This document shows, one piece after another, positions 41,594-53,042 of a DNA stretch of 64,000 nt (positions are counted from its first letter, which is position 1; the number at the start of each line of letters is the position of its first letter). A model generated the notes under the pieces. It did no database searches. It had not been told where the DNA came from and saw only the letters and a list, made by a program, of their open reading frames with translations. The stretch is taken from the NCBI GenBank assembly GCA_963733905.1, contig CAVTEU010000007.1, forward strand, positions 356,556 through 420,555, in the 5' to 3' direction. The translations under genes were made by a program, and so were the position numbers. The DNA comes from an uncultured Actinomycetes bacterium. Lineage in GTDB: Bacteria > Actinomycetota > Acidimicrobiia > Spongiisociales > DATADW01.

Positions 41594-42917
41594 GTGACGC
41601 GGCGGCGGGGGGCACGATCCCCCGCCGCCCGCGCCGTGGCACTGGCGATGGTGGCGCTACTGGCCGGTCTGGCGGTCGGTCGGTTCCTCACCGCCCGAGC
41701 CGAACCAGGTGCTGCCGTCTCGCCGGCCGCCGCATCGCTGGTGGAGACCATCGCCGTCCTCGAAGACCAGGTGTCGGTCGACCCCTCGGACGCCGGAGCG
41801 AGGCAACGCCTCGGGGTTGCCTACCTGCAACGGGCGGCCGAGGTTGGCGACCCGACGCTCTACTCGGCGGCGGAAAGGGTTCTCGGTGAGGCCGAGGAGC
41901 TTGCTCCCGGTGATCCCCGGACCGTGGCGGCGCTCGGAGTGCTCGCCCTGGCCCGTCACGACTTCGCCGAGGCTCTGAGACTCGGCCTGGCGGCACACGC
42001 CTCGGATCCATTCTCCGCCGATCCGCTCGCCGTGGTGGTCGACGCCGAGGTCGAGCTTGGCAAGTACCGATCGGCCGCCCGTCACCTGCAGCAGATGCTC
42101 GATCTCCGGCCGGGCCTGGCTGCGCTTGTCCAGAACCTCGTACCTCCGCGAGCTCAACGGCGATCTCGAAGGAGCGATCGAGGCGATGGAGCAGGCGCGT
42201 CTCGCCGGTTCAGGCTCGGTCCACGACGTTGCATCGGTCACCGCTCTCTCCGGGCAGTTGCTGCTTTTGGCAGGAGACCTGGATGGCGCCGCCGCAGCCT
42301 TCGCCAGCGCCGACAGCCTCGCCCCGGAGATGACGGTCAGCGCCGTCGGTTCCGCCCGGGTGGCCCTGGCCAGGGACGACCCTGAGGCGGCGGCCACCAT
42401 CCTCGAGGCGACCGTGGAGCGGTATCCGGCGCCGGAGCCGGTCGCCCTGCTCGGGGAGGTATACGCCCAGTTGGGACGGGAGGGCGATGCCACCGCCCAG
42501 TTCGACCTGGTGAGGACCATCGCACGCCTCCAAGAGAGTGAAGGTCAGATCGTCGATCTGGAGATGGCCCGCTTCGAAGCCGATCACGGCGACCCGGGCC
42601 GTGCCCTGCGGCTCGCCCGGGATGCACACCGTGCCCGGCCCACCATCCATGCTTCGGATGCTCTCGGTTGGGCGCTGTACCGGTCGGGGAACCCGGAAGG
42701 AGCATTGCCACATGCCAAGGCGGCACTCCGGCTGGGGACCATTGACCCAGTCATCCGCTACCACGCCGCGGCGATCTTCGCCGCCAACGGTCAAACGAAA
42801 TTGGCCGCCGATCAGGTGATGGTGGCGTTAGCCCACCGATTCACCCTCTCGCCGGCCCAGCTCGACGAGGCGACCAAGCTCGCCACCGAGCTTGGGGTTC
42901 CCGGACAGGAAAGGTAG
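41594..42917 (+). CDS. Tetratricopeptide repeat protein, indel near 42130; start may be later
   Basis: N-terminal TM; LGVAYLQRA..Y..AE, LARHDFAEAL, RTSYLRELNGD, DALGWALY helical repeats. Confidence 0.8.
41601..41629 (+). terminator. GC-rich hairpin after the DUF4331 gene
   Basis: GGCGGCGGGGG-N7-CCCCCGCCGCC 11-bp stem, no U-tract. Confidence 0.45.
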
Positions 42918-43026
42918 AGATATGCCGGTGAGGCCACCGTGTTGTTGCACCTGCGATTAGGTCCCGTCGTCGTCGATCAGGCGCTCTCCGCGCCGGCCGT
43001 CGATGAGGTCGGCGTCCCGGAATGCG

Positions 43027-43776
43027 TCACAGATCTCCCCGCGCCAACCGATCCGCCAGCTCGGCCAGGTCAGTCATCACCAGGTCGGCCAGCGGATGAG
43101 CTTCGCCCGACACGCCGCTGAGCACCTGGACCGAACGCCATCCCGCTTCCCTCGCCATGGCCAGATCGGTTTCGGGTCGGTCCCCCACCATCCACACCGG
43201 GCCGGGGCGGAGGCGCTCGATGACCAGTTCGACCATGGCCCTGTGCGGCTTGCCGGCGACAGCGGCGTCGATACCGCTCGCACGTTCCACCGCAGCCACC
43301 ATCGCACCGGCACCCGGCCACTGCCCCTCAGATGTCGGGTAGGTGGCGTCGTCGTTCGAGGCGACGAGCGCCGCACCGGCCCGCACCGCCAGCACCGCAT
43401 CGCGCAGCCGCTCGTAGGTGAGGGCGCGGTCGAGCCCGACCACCACCACCCGTGCCATCTTCCAATCCTCGGTGATCTCGACCCTGCGCTCGGTCAACCC
43501 CTCGACGATGCCGTCCCCGCCCAACACATAGGCGGGACCGTGGCCGGCGATGAGCGCCGCCGCCCTTCCCGAGTGGAGGACCTGGTCGCGGTTCGCCGGG
43601 TAGCCGGCGATACGGTGGATGCGTTCGGCGATGTCCGTCGCCGCCCGAGACGAGTTGTTGGTCACGAAGAGGACGTTCCACCCCGCCTCGTCGAAGCTGC
43701 GCAACGCCTCACCCGCCCCGGGCACCGGTTGCTCGCCGAGAAGGACCACCCCATCGATGTCGGCGACCAGGTTCAC
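43027..43776 (-). CDS. HAD-IIA family hydrolase (NagD-like)
   Basis: DIDGV, FVTNNS, ASNDD, GKP, MVGDRPETD. Confidence 0.9.
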   Translation of the reverse strand: MNLVADIDGVVLLGEQPVPGAGEALRSFDEAGWNVLFVTNNSSRAATDIAERIHRIAGYPANRDQVLHSGRAAALIAGHGPAYVLGGDGIVEGLTERRVEITEDWKMARVVVVGLDRALTYERLRDAVLAVRAGAALVASNDDATYPTSEGQWPGAGAMVAAVERASGIDAAVAGKPHRAMVELVIERLRPGPVWMVGDRPETDLAMAREAGWRSVQVLSGVSGEAHPLADLVMTDLAELADRLARGDL

Positions 43777-45130
43777 CCCGAGGAGCGCCTTCCCCACCCG
43801 TCGAGCACCCGGCCCAACAGGTCGGCGGTGCGGCCGAGCGAGTCGACGCTGACCCGCTCGTTGTTTCCGTGGAACATGTCGAGGAACTCGGAGAACGACA
43901 CCCGGTCGTCGAACAACCCAACCCCGTAGCAAGTCGTCCCGCGGTCGCGGAAGAACCGGGCATCGGTGGTGGCGGGAGTGAGGGCGGGCACCACGCGCCG
44001 TGAACCCGTCAGATCGCCTATCGCCTCGACGATCGCCTCCCACAGCAGACCGCGCGTCGGGCTCGAGTTGGCGATGTGGTCCATCACCGGGCGCAATTCG
44101 ATTCGGTCGGAGTCGGCGCCCATCGCCTTTCGAAGGTGGTCGTCGACGGTGTCGGCGTCCTGACCGGGGAGCACCCTGGCATCGACCTCGCCCACCACGT
44201 GGTCGGGGATGAGGTTCGCCTTGCCGCCCGTGCCGAAGACATTTGGGCTCACCGTGAGATGGGTGCAGGCGTGGACGTAGCGGGCCATCCCGATCGACTC
44301 GGCCTCGAGCGCTTCGATGGCGGCATCGACCCGCTCGGGATCGAGCAGGGCATCGCTCTCTCCTTCGGGCAATTCCAGCGCCTCGACGAAAGCGCGCCAT
44401 TCGTCGCTGATCGCCACTGGCATCTCGGCAGCGGCGATCCCCGCCATGGCTCGGGCGAGAGGGATCAGGGCGTTGTCCTGGCCGTATGGCACGCTGCCAT
44501 GACCCGGCGTCCCTCGGCTTATGAGCTTCCGCCAGTGCGGGCCCTTTTCCCCCACGTTCACCGGGTAGGCGACCCCTCCCGGCGTCTGCAGGACCGGGTA
44601 TGCGATCTCGGTGAGCAGAGCTTCGCAACCGACCAGGTCCCACCGCTCCCTCACCAGAGGGTCGGCGCCGAGCCCGCCACCGTTCTCCTCGTCGGCCACC
44701 GCCAGGAAGAGGAGGTCCCCCGGCAGCGGGTCCAACTCACCGCTGCGGTAGCCGCCGAACACTGCGGCCATGGCGGCGGTCAGATTGAGCATGTCCACTG
44801 CACCCCGGCCCCAGACGAACCCGTCCTCGATCACGCCTTCGAAGGGGTCCACCGACCATCCATCGGGGTTGGCGGGAACCACATCCAGATGACCCATCAG
44901 GGCCAGGCGCGGCGCCCCGGGCACGGTCCCCGGTACCCGCCAAACTGCGCTCTGCCTCCCCGGCGCCGGTTCCACGACTTCGTCGGGCTCACCGATGAGC
45001 CGCAGCCAGCGTTGCCACCGATCTTGCTTCGTGACCCGATTCGGGCGTCCCGTCGTTGACGCACGAGTTGCGGATGAGCGCAACCAACAACTCCGCCACT
45101 TGATCGGCCGACGGGCGTCTGAGCGGTCAC
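43773..45130 (-). CDS. M20/M25/M40 metallo-hydrolase, N-terminal indels
   Basis: [35 protein letters not shown]; AGAGGT RBS before GTG 45130. Confidence 0.88.
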
Positions 45131-45163
45131 GGCCAGACCTCTATCTGTCCGTCTTCCTTCTGG

Positions 45164-45191
45164 CTGCCGTCTGCCGTCCGCCGTCCGCCGT
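45164..45191. repeat. Heptamer array CYGCCGT x4
   Basis: ctgccgt ctgccgt ccgccgt ccgccgt; reverse complement of the 7055 array motif. Confidence 0.85.
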
Positions 45192-45209
45192 CTTTCTTGT
45201 GGCCGCCGT

Positions 45210-45625
45210 CTACTCCTGAGCAACTCCACCAGGTCCACCATCGTCGGAGTGACCGGACGGTCGAGGACCTCGTCCAACGGGACCCACTCGACCGCCACCG
45301 CGTCATCCCCGGCGGTGGCGTCGCCACCCACGATTCGGGCGGCAAAGTCGACCAGGGTGTAGTGCCACGCGGGCGGGTCTCCGGGTCCGAGGCTATCGCC
45401 CACCCAGACGACCTCGCCGGGCTCGATCTCGAGTCCTGTTTCCTCCCTGACCTCGCGGATCACCGCCTGGCGCTGTGTCTCGCCGAATCGCACCTTGCCA
45501 CCAGGAACAGCCCACAGACCCACGCCAGGGCCACGCCCCCGCTGGACCAGGAGCAGAGCGCCCCGCTCGACGATCACCGCCCCCACACCCGGGATCGGTC
45601 CGGCGGTGACGCTTCTGGCATCCAT
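45210..45625 (-). CDS. NUDIX hydrolase (3' boundary uncertain)
   Basis: [35 protein letters not shown]. Confidence 0.85.
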
Positions 45626-46441
45626 CGGCCGGTCAGGGTAGCCCTGGGTGCCGAGCGTCCTCCGAGCGGCGAAGCGCTTGGGGTCGGTCCACCGAGCAGC
45701 CTCCGGGCGAGCCGCTCTATACCCCACAGGGTGACGAGCCACATAGCCTCGAGGACCACGGCGAGACCCATCTTGGAACGACCGTGGCGCCGGTCGCGGA
45801 AGGCGATCGGTATCTCTCGCACGACCAATCCCCGCTCCACCGCCCGCCAGGCCATCTCGACCTGGAACGCATACCCTGCGGCCCGGCAGGTGGATGGGTC
45901 GAGAAGCGTCAGCGCCCCGGAGCGGAAAGCGCGGTATCCACTGGTGGCGTCGGCGATGGGAAGCCCCAGCGCCCACCGGGCGAATCCGTTTCCCCCTTTG
46001 GACAGAAGCCGCCGCGGGAGCGGCCATTCCGGCGTTGACCCACCCGGGACGTAGCGGGACCCGATGACCACATCGGCTCCCGATTCCAACTCCGCCAGCA
46101 ACCGCGGTAGGTCGGCCGGGTCGTGCGACAGGTCGGCATCCATCTCCACCACCACCGTGGCACCGTCGCCGAGGGCACGTGCGGAAACCGTCGCCGTAGG
46201 CGCGCCCCAGGCCTTCCTTTCCTCTTCTGTGGAGCACCGACATGTGCGGCCGGGTGCGGGCAAGATCGTCGGCCACTTGCCCGGTCCCATCGGGCGAGGC
46301 GTCGTCCACGATCAGGATCCGAACCCCGAATGCGTCGAGCGCCTCCGCCAGCAAGGGAAGGTTCTCGCGCTCGTCGTACGTGGGGACCACAACGGTGACG
46401 GAGGAACTGCCGAGTCCGGTTCCCTCCTCGGGCCTCACCAC
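45574..46441 (-). CDS. Polyprenol-monophosphomannose synthase (GT2), indel near 46170; 3' end uncertain
   Basis: [61 protein letters not shown]. Confidence 0.88.
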
Positions 46442-46484
46442 CGTGCGGCTCCGCCCCTACTGTCGATCCCGGCCGCCGTGGATG

Positions 46485-46925
46485 TCAGGCGCAATCGACG
46501 CAGAGGATCTTCTTCCGGTCGGCCAACTGGCTGGCTCTCTTCACCAGGAAGCAGGACCGGCAGACGAACTCGTCACCGCGCACCGCCTGCGCCTCGACGT
46601 TCATGGTCAGCTCCTCACGGCGGATGGCGCGCAGTTCGGCGACCTCGTCGACCAACAGCGTATCGGAGGCCTCTTCGTCGAGGAGCTCGAGCTCTTCGGC
46701 CTCGAGTTCGTCGAGAGCCTCGGTCTCGTCGTCCTCCTCGTCGTCCGACTCCTCCTCGTACTCGTCGTCCTCGGCGTCTTCCGCCTCGTCGACGTCTTCA
46801 ATCTCCTCGTCCTCGAGCGCCTCCTCCTCTACTTCCTCGAGTTCGACTTCCACATCGTCGGGCACGTCGAGCTCTTCGGGCTCCTCGAGTTCGATCTCCT
46901 CTTCCGACATGTTCTGTGTTGACAC
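46485..46925 (-). CDS. DUF4193 family protein (acidic N-terminus, C-terminal Zn finger)
   Basis: DEFVCRSCFLVKRASQLAD..CVDCA after a long Glu/Asp tract. Confidence 0.8.
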   Translation of the reverse strand: MSTQNMSEEEIELEEPEELDVPDDVEVELEEVEEEALEDEEIEDVDEAEDAEDDEYEEESDDEEDDETEALDELEAEELELLDEEASDTLLVDEVAELRAIRREELTMNVEAQAVRGDEFVCRSCFLVKRASQLADRKKILCVDCA

Positions 46926-47115
46926 CTTTGCCCCCTGAGAGCGACCAGCTCATCCAATTGCGCCCCCCGGCGCGGCGGGAGTGTAGGCAACGGCGCAGGA
47001 ACAAAACGGGTCGCCGTAGCAGCATGGGAACACACGCCATCGGCCGCGCATTCCCGGCGCTCATCAACGCCAGGCGCGGCCGGCTCGACCCACGCCATCT
47101 GCCGACGTCAACGGC

Positions 47116-47997
47116 TCAGATCAGGAACCGGATCGCACCCGGGAGGACTCTCCCTTCGACCGGGGTGTTGCCCAGGTGGTCGCCGTCCGCCTCGACCGGC
47201 CAGGGGACGTCGGTCTCGAGGCGGAACCAGGGTGCACTCCACCGTCGCACCGAGCGATCGCCGAGATGGACCCCGCGGACGATGCGCGGGACCAGGCGCA
47301 CCGCATCGCGAATCCGGGCGTCGATCACCTGGACGTCGACCTCACCGTCGACCAGCATCGCCTTGGGTGCGATGTTCCACCCGCCGGCGAAGAACTGGCC
47401 GTTGGCGAAGATCACCGCGGCAGCTGGACCCTCATAGCTGCGGCGACCCGCCTCCACCTTCACATCGATGCGGCGCAACCCGGGGACGCGACTGGCGAAT
47501 GCCAGCGCATAGCGGGCACCACCCATCGAGCGGCTGAGCCGGGCAGCGGCGCGGGCCGCCGCGGCGCCGATCCCGCCCTGAACGACGTTCAAGGCTCGCC
47601 TGGTGCCAAATGATCCCTCGATGCTGAGAGCATCCACCGTGTAGGTATCACCGCGAGCCAGCCGTGAGGCGGCGGCTTCCAGCGATCGCGGTAGGGCGAA
47701 GGTGCGGATGAAATCGCCGCCCGAGCCGGTGGGGAGGACACCGAGAACAGGTGGCTCCGCCCACTCGTGGCGGAGAAGTGTGTCCACGGCCAACCCGAGC
47801 GTCCCGTCACCGCCGACAACGATGAATCCCTCATCACGCCGGGCCACTCCTTCGTCGATCGCCGCGGCCATTGCCTCCCGGCCTGTCGGAGCGGAGACGA
47901 CAACGCTCAGTCCGGCTGCCTTCAGCATCTTCTCGACGAACTCCGGGTCCACCGATCTCCGCCCTGAGGCTGGGTTGACCGCCACCGTCCAGGTCAC
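47116..47997 (-). CDS. Diacylglycerol kinase family lipid kinase
   Basis: VNPASG, GGDGTL, PTGSGGDF, ANGQFFAGG, EADGD. Confidence 0.88.
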   Translation of the reverse strand: MTWTVAVNPASGRRSVDPEFVEKMLKAAGLSVVVSAPTGREAMAAAIDEGVARRDEGFIVVGGDGTLGLAVDTLLRHEWAEPPVLGVLPTGSGGDFIRTFALPRSLEAAASRLARGDTYTVDALSIEGSFGTRRALNVVQGGIGAAAARAAARLSRSMGGARYALAFASRVPGLRRIDVKVEAGRRSYEGPAAAVIFANGQFFAGGWNIAPKAMLVDGEVDVQVIDARIRDAVRLVPRIVRGVHLGDRSVRRWSAPWFRLETDVPWPVEADGDHLGNTPVEGRVLPGAIRFLI

Positions 47998-50612
47998 GCC
48001 AGCCCGCCAGCCGCCACCACCCCTCGGTCCATCGCCTCGAGCAGGGCGGTGGCGCTCTCCTCCATCTCGGGCCAGGCGTCGCGGATCTGTCGGGTCAGAT
48101 CGAGGATCTGCCGGCATACCCGGACGAAGTCACCCGGTGATACCGAGACGTCCTCGAGGAAGTCCTCCAGATCGTGCTCCGACGCCCAGCGGTGGGCCAG
48201 CAAGGCGAATCCCGGCTCGGGACGACGAGTCTCGGGGAGCCGGTGGCGCCGCTCCGCCGCGGTGAGCTCGTCCCACAAGGTGAGGATGGTGTCGAACCTG
48301 CGGCTGGTTTCGTCGGTCGGCCACTTTGCCACCCTGATCGTCCAGGCGCGGCTCGAAGACGAAGGCCGACGCCAGCGCCGCGGTCTCGGCGAGCGAGAGC
48401 CCGGTGAAACCCCCTCGTCGCAACGTCTCGGTGAGCAACAGGTCGAGTTCGTTGTAGACGAACCGGAGCTGTTCTCCCTGGGGCGTCAGCTGCCACCCGT
48501 CGACATAACCCCAACCATCGAGGACGTCGAGGATCGACTCGAAGTCGCGGACCAGGTCCTCGCCGGTCCGAACCGATTCGGATCGCGCCCGGGCGAGGCG
48601 CTGTTCGACCCGGCGCAACCGGCGTGCCGCCCGGAGATGGTCGTTCAGGTCCGGACAACCGGCGACCGGGTTGGCCGCGGGACGAGTGGGACGGCTCGCT
48701 GGGCGCCGTCGGCTTCCGTCAGGGCGGAAGTTGCGGAGCAGTCGAACCGCCCGCTGCTGGTAGCCCTTCTCCTTGGGCCGAAACGGGGTGGGGAGGGTGA
48801 CGCTGCCGATTCGGCTCGTCCCTTCGACCAGGTCCTCCCACGTCCACGATGTGACCTTGCCCGATGTGCCCAACAGCACGAGCCGGCCCTCGTCGCCCCT
48901 CCCGGACGATCGGCGGAAGAGAACCAGGTAGCGGCCGGCACGCCTCCCTCTCGGCACCTCGACCACGTCGCCACCGCGCAGCCTGTTGGCGAACATCGCC
49001 CGGTTCCGGTGCCTCGACTCTCCCCCGCTCGGCGTCGGCCTCGTCCAGATAGCTCCAGATGTCGCCCAGTTCGCACACTGCCTGGTCGCGCAACCGGACG
49101 ATCTCGGACTCGAGGCCCTCGATCCCGGCAGCCACCGTCGATGCTCGGTTCTTCCGCTGGAACTGAGCGAAAGATGCGGCGAGCAGTTCCTCGGCTCGCC
49201 GCCGGGGGTAGTTCGAGACCAGGTTGGCCGCCATGTTGTAGGTGGGCCGAAAGCTCGACACCAACTCGTGGCTCCCCGCCGCGGCGATCTCGGCCACCTG
49301 GTCGAACCGGACGTACGGCGAGTGGAGCACGACGCCGTACCCGCGTAGGTCGATCCCTCGCCTCCCCGCCCTCCCGGTGAGTTGCGTGTAGTCCCCCGGC
49401 TGCAACAAGCTCATGGCCCTCCCCGGTGAACTTGGAGAGAGACTCGAGAACGACGGTCTTCGCGGGCATGTTGATCCCCAGCGCCAGCGTCTCGGTGGCG
49501 AACACCGCCCTGACCAGCCCCCGCGAGAACAGGTCCTCGACCGTCTCCTTGAAGGCGGGGACCAGACCGGCGTGGTGCGCCGCCACCCCGTGCTCGAGAT
49601 GTGCCAGCCAGGGCGTCGTAACCGAGAACGCCGAGGTCGCGGTCACCGAGGTGCGAGGTGCGGGCCGCAGCAACCGTCCGGATCTCCTCCCTCTCGTCCG
49701 GGGTGGTGAGCCTAACCCCATCGGCGACGATCTGACGCGCCGCCGACTCGCACCCATCCCTGGAGAAGATGAAGTAGATGGCGGGGAGCATCCCCTCCTC
49801 GGCGAGGAGCTCGACCGTCTCGGTGCGGCGGGGTGTCCCGAACCGCCTGCGGTGACCTTGGGTGAGCAGCCGCTGAACCGCCGGGTTGGGCCGGCGCCGT
49901 CCGCCATCGCTCCCCCGAAAGGTCTCGTGCATGCGCACCGATGGCTGCGACCAGCGGTCCTTGACCATGTACAGGCTCTCCAGCGGCACCGGACGCGAGG
50001 TCTCCTCGACCAGCCGCGTCGGCCCGCGTCTCGTCTCCACCCAGGCGGCGAACTCGGCGGCGTTGGCGATGGTGGCGGACAAGCCCGACCAGTTGGATGT
50101 GGCGGGGGGCGTGGATGATGATCTCCTCCCACACCGGCCCCCGCGCCCGGTCCTGGAGGTAGTGGACCTCGTCGAGGATCACCACCCCGAGCCGATCGAG
50201 GTCCTCGGACCCGGCGTAGATCATGTTGCGTAGCACCTCGGTGGTCATGACCACGATCGGGCGCGCCGCCGTTGATCGAGTTGTCCCCGGTGAGCAGACC
50301 CACCAGGTCGTGCCCGTACTCGACGATGAAATCGCCGAACTTCTGGTTGGAGAGCGCCTTGATCGGCGTCGTGTAGAAGGCTCGCTCGCCCGACTCGAGG
50401 GCGAGATGCACCGCCGCCTCCGCCACCAGGGTCTTGCCCGACCCGGTCGGCGCGGTGACCACCACGGTGGCGCCTTCTTCCAACCCCTCACCCGCCTCCC
50501 GCTGGAAGCGATCGGGCTGATACGGCAGCGACCGCCAGAACTCGTCGAGCCGCGCCTGCCGCTCGCTGGCCACCGGGCTCAGCCGCCCGGGTCCGCGGCT
50601 GTCATATGTCAT
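47994..50612 (-). CDS. helY: DEAD/DEAH-box helicase HelY, several indels
   Basis: APTGSGKT, TPIKALSNQK, DEVH, SAT, ATETLALGINMPA, QLTGRAGRRG, GDFVR DSHCT tail. Confidence 0.9.
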
Positions 50613-51361
50613 CGCCGGAGCAGGAGTCGGACCAGCCAGATGGTGGCCTCGTAGAAGATGTAGAGCGGGACCGCCAACAATGCCAAGCGTCAGGGGGTCG
50701 CCGGTCGGGGTCACCGCCGCCCCCAACACCACGATCACCAGCACCGCCCAGCGGCGGCCCCTGCCGAGTTGCTCGGACGACACCAGCCCGGTGGCGGCCC
50801 CGGCGAAGAGGAAGAGCGGGAACTCGAACGCCAACCCGAAAACGAGGAGGAACCTGGTGACGAACGACATGTATTCGCCGATCTGCAGCGTCGACTCGAC
50901 GTCGGGGATGATCTGCAGCAGGAACCCGAGACCCCTGGGCAGGACCCAGTAGGCGAACGCCGTCCCGACGGCGAACAGGAGGACGAAAGCCGCCACCAGC
51001 GGGATTGCCCAGCGGCGCTCCCGCGGGGTGAGCGCCGGGTTGATGAACGCCCACACCTGATAGAACAACACCGGGCTGGCGAGGACGATGCCCGCCGTAG
51101 ATCGCCACTTTCATGGCGGTGCTGAACTGCTCGGTCGGCGAGAGCACCACGAGCGGCGACCCGTCGGGGAAGGCGATCTCGTACGGCCGGCGGAGCAGAT
51201 CGATGAGCTGGTTGCGGTAGAGGTAGGCGACGATCGCGCCCACCAGCACCACGGCGGCGCATTTCACGATCCGCCAGCGCAGCTCCTCAAGGTGTTCGAG
51301 GATGGGCAGCCGCTTCTCGTCGTGTCTGCCTCGGACCGCGGTCGTCGATGCTCTCAGCCAA
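50602..51361 (-). CDS. tatC: Twin-arginine translocase TatC, indels; start approximate
   Basis: ILEHLEELRWRI, SPTEQF, YQVWAFINPAL..ER, FGLAFEFP, TPTGDP. Confidence 0.9.
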
Positions 51362-51382
51362 GGTGAGCGCTCAGTCGCCCGG

Positions 51383-51876
51383 TCACTGCTCACCCTCGGT
51401 CTCGCCACGCTCCTCCAGGGCGGCGAGATCGGCGTATGCATCATCCGGAGTCGGTCCGGATGCCGACACCGGTCCCACCCACCGCACCTTGGGGAGGATC
51501 GGAGTGGTTTCCACCTCATCGGCTGTCGGGCTCGCCCTCTGCCGGCTGTTGTGGCGTTGGCGACACCGCGCCGGGACCGGGGCCGGAGGGCGGCTTCATC
51601 CCACCGTCGATCGAGCGAAGCGACCGCTGTTACTTCGCCTCCGGCGCCGGTGATGCTCCGCTTGACGTCATCGACGGTGCGGCGCGCCTCTTCCATTGGC
51701 TCGCGCAGCCCGGCTACCTCGTCGTCGAGGCCCTGGCGCAGGTCGGTGGCCGCATCCCTGACCGAACGCGCCCATCCCCCGACCTTCCTCGCCAGTTCGG
51801 GGAGCCGCTGCGGCCCAAAGACCACGAGCGCAACAAGCAGGATGATGATCAGTTCGGTGCCGCTCACGTCGAACAT
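51383..51876 (-). CDS. tatB: TatB-like twin-arginine translocase subunit, indel; end approximate
   Basis: MFDVSGTELIIILLVALVVFGPQRLPELAR, amphipathic helix and long C-terminal tail. Confidence 0.7.
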
Positions 51877-51920
51877 CGGATCGGATGGTAGGACGATCCG
51901 CGTCCTCGAACGGCCCGCTG

Positions 51921-52856
51921 CTACCGCCGGTAGCGGTCCAGGATCGCGGTGCGGAGCTTCTCGGTGGCCGCCGCCACCTCGTCACCTTCGACCAATTCGG
52001 CGGCGCTTCCGAGCCGTACCAACAGCCTGGCGGCGACCATCGGGTCGGGGGCGGAGAACCGGACAACCGACCAGCCATCGGGCTCATCGGCCACGTTGTC
52101 GACCTCGTAGTACTCGGTCACCCACCTCGCCTGCGGGCCGAGCCTGATGGTGGCCACCACGTCGTCCTCGGCCGGGGTGTAGCGGACCTCGGGCGGCGGC
52201 AACTGCTCCGGAGCAGGGAAAACCTCATCGGTCAACTCCAGGTCCCGGATCCGGTCAACCCGGAACCGCCGCTCGGCGCCCGCCTCCCGACAGAAGCCGG
52301 TGAGGTACCAGTTCCCCATGGTGGCGAACAGGGTCCACGGCTCCACCGTCCTCTTCGGTCGTCTCGCCCTTCCCGAGCGACGTGTAGGTGAGCCGCACGG
52401 CGCGCCGCTCCTTCACCGCCTGGCGGAGCGGAGCCAGCAACTCCGGTTCCGCCTCGACGTCCACCACCAGGACGTCCCCCCGTCGGGGAGGAGCGCCGCC
52501 TGGAGCTTGGCCACGGCCGACCCCAGAGCATCAGGCGCCTGGCCCGTGCTCTCCACCGCAAGCCCGGCTGCCAGCAGACCGAGCGCCTCCATCGGGGTGA
52601 GCCGGAGCGGACGGGAGAAGTAGTCGGCGGCGTCGATCACCACGTCGCCGTCCTCGATCGAGGCCCACATCAGGTCGCCCGGCCCATACCCGGGGAGGCC
52701 GCACACCAGAACGGTATTGAGGTCGGCCAGCAGCTCCCGCTCGTCGCGGTACCCGAAGCGGGCCACCACCTCCTCTGCCGCCGTCCCCGGGTTGGCGATG
52801 ACCCAAGGCACCATCGAAAGCAGCCGCACCATCCGGGTAGCGGTCTTGGAGGTCAT
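51921..52856 (-). CDS. pafC: WYL-domain regulator PafC, indels
   Basis: RLLSMVPW, CGLPGYGPGDL, RPLRLT..EA, WYLTGFC..FRVDRI. Confidence 0.88.
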
Positions 52857-52868
52857 GAGCCGTTCCGT

Positions 52869-52951
52869 GACGGCGGAAGGCGGACGCTGCGGCACGGCGG
52901 AGGGGCGGCCGAGCCCCACGTGCGACGGCGGCCGGCGGACGGCGGGCGGCG
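52869..52951. repeat. Degenerate heptamer arrays (GNCGGCG) between pafB and pafC
   Basis: gacggcg gaaggcg gacgctg .. gacggcg gccggcg gacggcg ggcggcg. Confidence 0.65.
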
Positions 52952-53042
52952 AGCCAGACCAACTGTCCCCGTCACCCCCGCCGGGGGGAAGGGCTCCCGC
53001 TGCGCCAGCAGCGGGTAGGAGGGCAGCGAACCTGGCGCACTG

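Noticed and set aside
46640-46910. Long Glu/Asp low-complexity tract as a second precursor peptide
   Set aside because: It is the acidic N-terminus of a DUF4193 Zn-finger protein, with no modifying enzymes adjacent
48645-51876. TatB-TatC and TatC-HelY fusion ORFs
   Set aside because: The frames switch at several points typical of indel errors; each gene is recognisable separately
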